64,000 nt of DNA, taken from positions 24,747-88,746 of the forward strand of contig JAJEDR010000089.1 of assembly GCA_022821385.1 (NCBI GenBank), written 5' to 3'. Positions within the stretch are counted from its first letter, which is position 1. Each line of letters opens with the position of its first letter. Position numbers and translations under genes: made by a program. The notes under the pieces were generated by a model. That model was not told where the DNA came from and ran no database searches. It saw only the letters and a program-made list of their open reading frames with translations. Source of the DNA: Rhodothermales bacterium (GTDB lineage: Bacteria; Bacteroidota; Rhodothermia; Rhodothermales; Bin80). Shown piece by piece: positions 61,851 to 64,000 of the stretch.

Positions 61851-62600
61851 ATGTTGCACGTAGACCACATTGGCATAGCTGTAAATGACGGCACGGCAGT
61901 GGAAAGGTTGCTCATGAAGCTTGCCGATTCCGCACCCGCCTTGCCGGAGGATGTAGACAGGCAGGGCGTGCGAGTCCGATTCTATGGATCCGGTACAAGT
62001 TTGGAAACACTTGAAGCTCTAGTGGCAGAATCCGCGGTAGCCAAGTACCTGGCAAAACGAGGTGAGGGGCTCCACCACATTGCGTTCAGGGTAGCCGATG
62101 TGCAAACACATTTTGACCGCATGCGTGCGGCGGGTTTCCAGCCGCTGACTGAAGCCCCTGTCCCGGGAGCTTCCGGGAAACGTATCTTTTTTCTGCACCC
62201 AAGAGATACCCATGGATTCTTGGTAGAATTCTGTCAATCCGCGAAGCAGTATGCTGTATTATTTGAGCATTGTGCAGAACTGGAGGAGGTTATGCATAAA
62301 ACGGGCTACTGCCGTCCCTCTGCCCAACAATCATCCGGACATGTCGTGGCCGGTAAAGTTCTGCCCAAAGTATGTAAGAGCCTCGTTGTACATAACGCTT
62401 CGTTGGTGTTATCTCGGGGAGAGACCGACGCTCCGCGGGTACCAACTTTGATCAGTGAGGTCAGCAAGGACGCATTTTATGCACAACTGTTGCAGCTGCA
62501 ATGGCCCGAAGCTCAATTGGTAATCCTTCCCGAAAACCTGCAGCTCACGCACCTGCCTGCAATTTTGCTGGAGTTCTGGGCATCAATGGAAGATGAGTGA
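61851..62600 (+). CDS. mce: methylmalonyl-CoA epimerase (VOC fold) with an approximately 115-aa C-terminal extension
   Basis: The first roughly 130 aa carry HIGIAV, GEGLHHIAF and FFLHPRDTHGFLVEF. The remainder has no match I recognise. Confidence 0.75.
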   Translation: MLHVDHIGIAVNDGTAVERLLMKLADSAPALPEDVDRQGVRVRFYGSGTSLETLEALVAESAVAKYLAKRGEGLHHIAFRVADVQTHFDRMRAAGFQPLTEAPVPGASGKRIFFLHPRDTHGFLVEFCQSAKQYAVLFEHCAELEEVMHKTGYCRPSAQQSSGHVVAGKVLPKVCKSLVVHNASLVLSRGETDAPRVPTLISEVSKDAFYAQLLQLQWPEAQLVILPENLQLTHLPAILLEFWASMEDE

Positions 62601-64000
62601 ATCCTCAAACAACAAAGAGGGGCTATTGGAAAAAGTAGCCGTGTTACCTACCGGGTGCGGAGTCTATCAATTTCTGGACAAGAATGAAAGTCCACTCTAC
62701 ATTGGTAAGGCAAAGAATATTCGCAGCCGCGTCAGGTCATATTTCCGTAAGGACAAGGACCTTTACGGACGCCTGCGGATTATGATTGCCAAGACCGTTG
62801 ATGTGCAGGTCATCGTAACCGATAACGAGGCAGAGGCCCTCATACTTGAGAATAATCTTATTAAGGAACGTCGTCCACGCTACAATATCAATCTTCGGGA
62901 CGACAAGACTTATCCCTACATCTGCATTAAAAACGAACCTTTCCCCCGTATTTTTCCGACGCGCCGCATTGTAAAAGATGGTTCCAAGTATTTTGGCCCA
63001 TACACTGACGTTTCGAATATGAAACGTGCCTTGGGAGCCATCAGATCAATATTCAAGATTCGTACGTGCTCTCTGGATTTATCACCGGAGCCGATCTCGC
63101 GCGGCAAATACCAGGTCTGTCTGGAGTTTCATATCCAGAAATGTGCTGGTCCCTGTATAGGCAATCAGTCTTCCGAATCTTACGAGGCCACTATCAGCCA
63201 GATAGAAACGCTTCTGAAAGGCCATACGGGAGCATTAAAGAAAGTGCTTGTGGAAGCTATGCAGCTGGCCAGCTCTCGACAACAATACGAAGAGGCTGCC
63301 CGTCTGCGCAATCAGATCAGCGCAGTGGAGAAGTACGCGCTACGCCAAAAGGTGGTAACCACAGAACTGATTGATCGGGACCTTTTTGCCCTGGCAACTG
63401 CACGCGAAGAGAACGCTGCTGTAGCGGTCTGTTTCAAAGTCAGAGAAGGTAAGATTATCGGGCGTGAACACAAGATTATCCGTCAGATCGAGGGATATGA
63501 TGACCCCGTCCTGATGCAGCGGTATCTTGAACATTACTACACGCAGAGTGCATTCTTCCCGGATCAGGTTTTTCTTGGTACATCGGTTACCGAACCTGAG
63601 GCCCTGACCACCTTTCTGACAGGACAGCGGGGCAAGAAGGTGGTCCTGCATATGCCGCAGCGCGGGCAGAAAGCGGAGCTTATGCGAATGGTACAAGCCA
63701 ACGCTGAACTTTTGCTTGGAGAATACAAACTGGCCTTAATGAAGCGCGGCGAAGATCGCATCCCTTTTGCAGTGCAGGCCCTGCAAAATGATCTGCGACT
63801 GCGAAAGTTGCCTCGTCGAATCGAATGCTTTGATATATCCCATCTAGGTGGTACGGGCACGGTCGCGTCCTGTATAGTCTTTCATAACGGGCGGCCACGG
63901 AAAAGCGACTACCGCAGCTACAAGATTCGCAGTGTACCGGACGGCAAACCGGACGACTTTCTTTCGATGGAAGAAGTTGTTCGGCGAAGATTCCGGCACA
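62593..64000 (+). CDS. uvrC: excinuclease ABC subunit C (3' end beyond the window)
   Basis: Not in the ORF track because no stop lies within the window. I read the frame through by hand and found no stops. GIY-YIG module GVYQFLDKNESPLYIGKAKNIRSRVRSYF. The start overlaps the mce stop by 8 nt. Confidence 0.95.
   Translation, partial: MSESSNNKEGLLEKVAVLPTGCGVYQFLDKNESPLYIGKAKNIRSRVRSYFRKDKDLYGRLRIMIAKTVDVQVIVTDNEAEALILENNLIKERRPRYNINLRDDKTYPYICIKNEPFPRIFPTRRIVKDGSKYFGPYTDVSNMKRALGAIRSIFKIRTCSLDLSPEPISRGKYQVCLEFHIQKCAGPCIGNQSSESYEATISQIETLLKGHTGALKKVLVEAMQLASSRQQYEEAARLRNQISAVEKYALRQKVVTTELIDRDLFALATAREENAAVAVCFKVREGKIIGREHKIIRQIEGYDDPVLMQRYLEHYYTQSAFFPDQVFLGTSVTEPEALTTFLTGQRGKKVVLHMPQRGQKAELMRMVQANAELLLGEYKLALMKRGEDRIPFAVQALQNDLRLRKLPRRIECFDISHLGGTGTVASCIVFHNGRPRKSDYRSYKIRSVPDGKPDDFLSMEEVVRRRFRH

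Noticed and set aside
1-64000. CRISPR arrays, tandem satellite repeats, IS elements, group II introns, retrons or DGRs.
   Set aside because: Scanning intergenic regions by eye found no regularly spaced direct repeats, no terminal inverted repeats flanking an ORF, and no reverse transcriptase, transposase or integrase-like translation.

Overview
This 64-kb window comes from a moderately GC-rich bacterium. The lipoprotein and outer-membrane repertoire looks like the FCB group (Rhodothermota, Balneolota or Bacteroidota); that taxon call is inference only.

Most of the window is ordinary housekeeping:
- yceD-rpmF-plsX-fabH-fabD-fabG
- a DEAD-box helicase
- tRNA-Gly and tRNA-Val
- rpmH-rnpA-yidC-mnmE-mnmG-rsmG
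- mfd, murQ, recF, uvrA, tpiA, gatB, bcp
- a fused 2-oxoacid dehydrogenase E1, rsmB, mce, and uvrC (3' truncated by the window edge)

I found no rRNA, CRISPR array, transposase, integrase, reverse transcriptase or recognisable defence gene.

The non-core content falls in four patches:
1. 7.1-10.3 kb: an AT-richer patch next to the tRNAs holding two 6-bladed beta-propeller lipoprotein paralogues.
2. 23.1-31.5 kb: a translationally coupled membrane trio (PF03706-like, DUF3047-like, MMPL transporter), followed by a rearrangement-scarred stretch. The stretch holds a third propeller paralogue, an internal relic of a second MMPL gene, a tandemly duplicated small-lipoprotein module, and an FtsX-type permease 3' relic.
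3. 44.5-56.4 kb: an outer-membrane and polysaccharide-flavoured block. It contains a polyprenyl glycosylphosphotransferase, a Wzi-like protein, a small barrel, a plug-barrel operon, a PorV-like barrel, and a 1261-aa PmoA-like/dehydrogenase/HEAT/cytochrome c fusion lipoprotein.
4. A TonB-dependent receptor preceded by about 0.9 kb with no convincing gene.

None of these is a demonstrably new system from sequence alone. The best candidates for something undescribed are the PF03706-like/DUF3047-like/MMPL trio and the overlapping three-gene outer-membrane operon.

All family names come from motif recognition by eye, not database searches.
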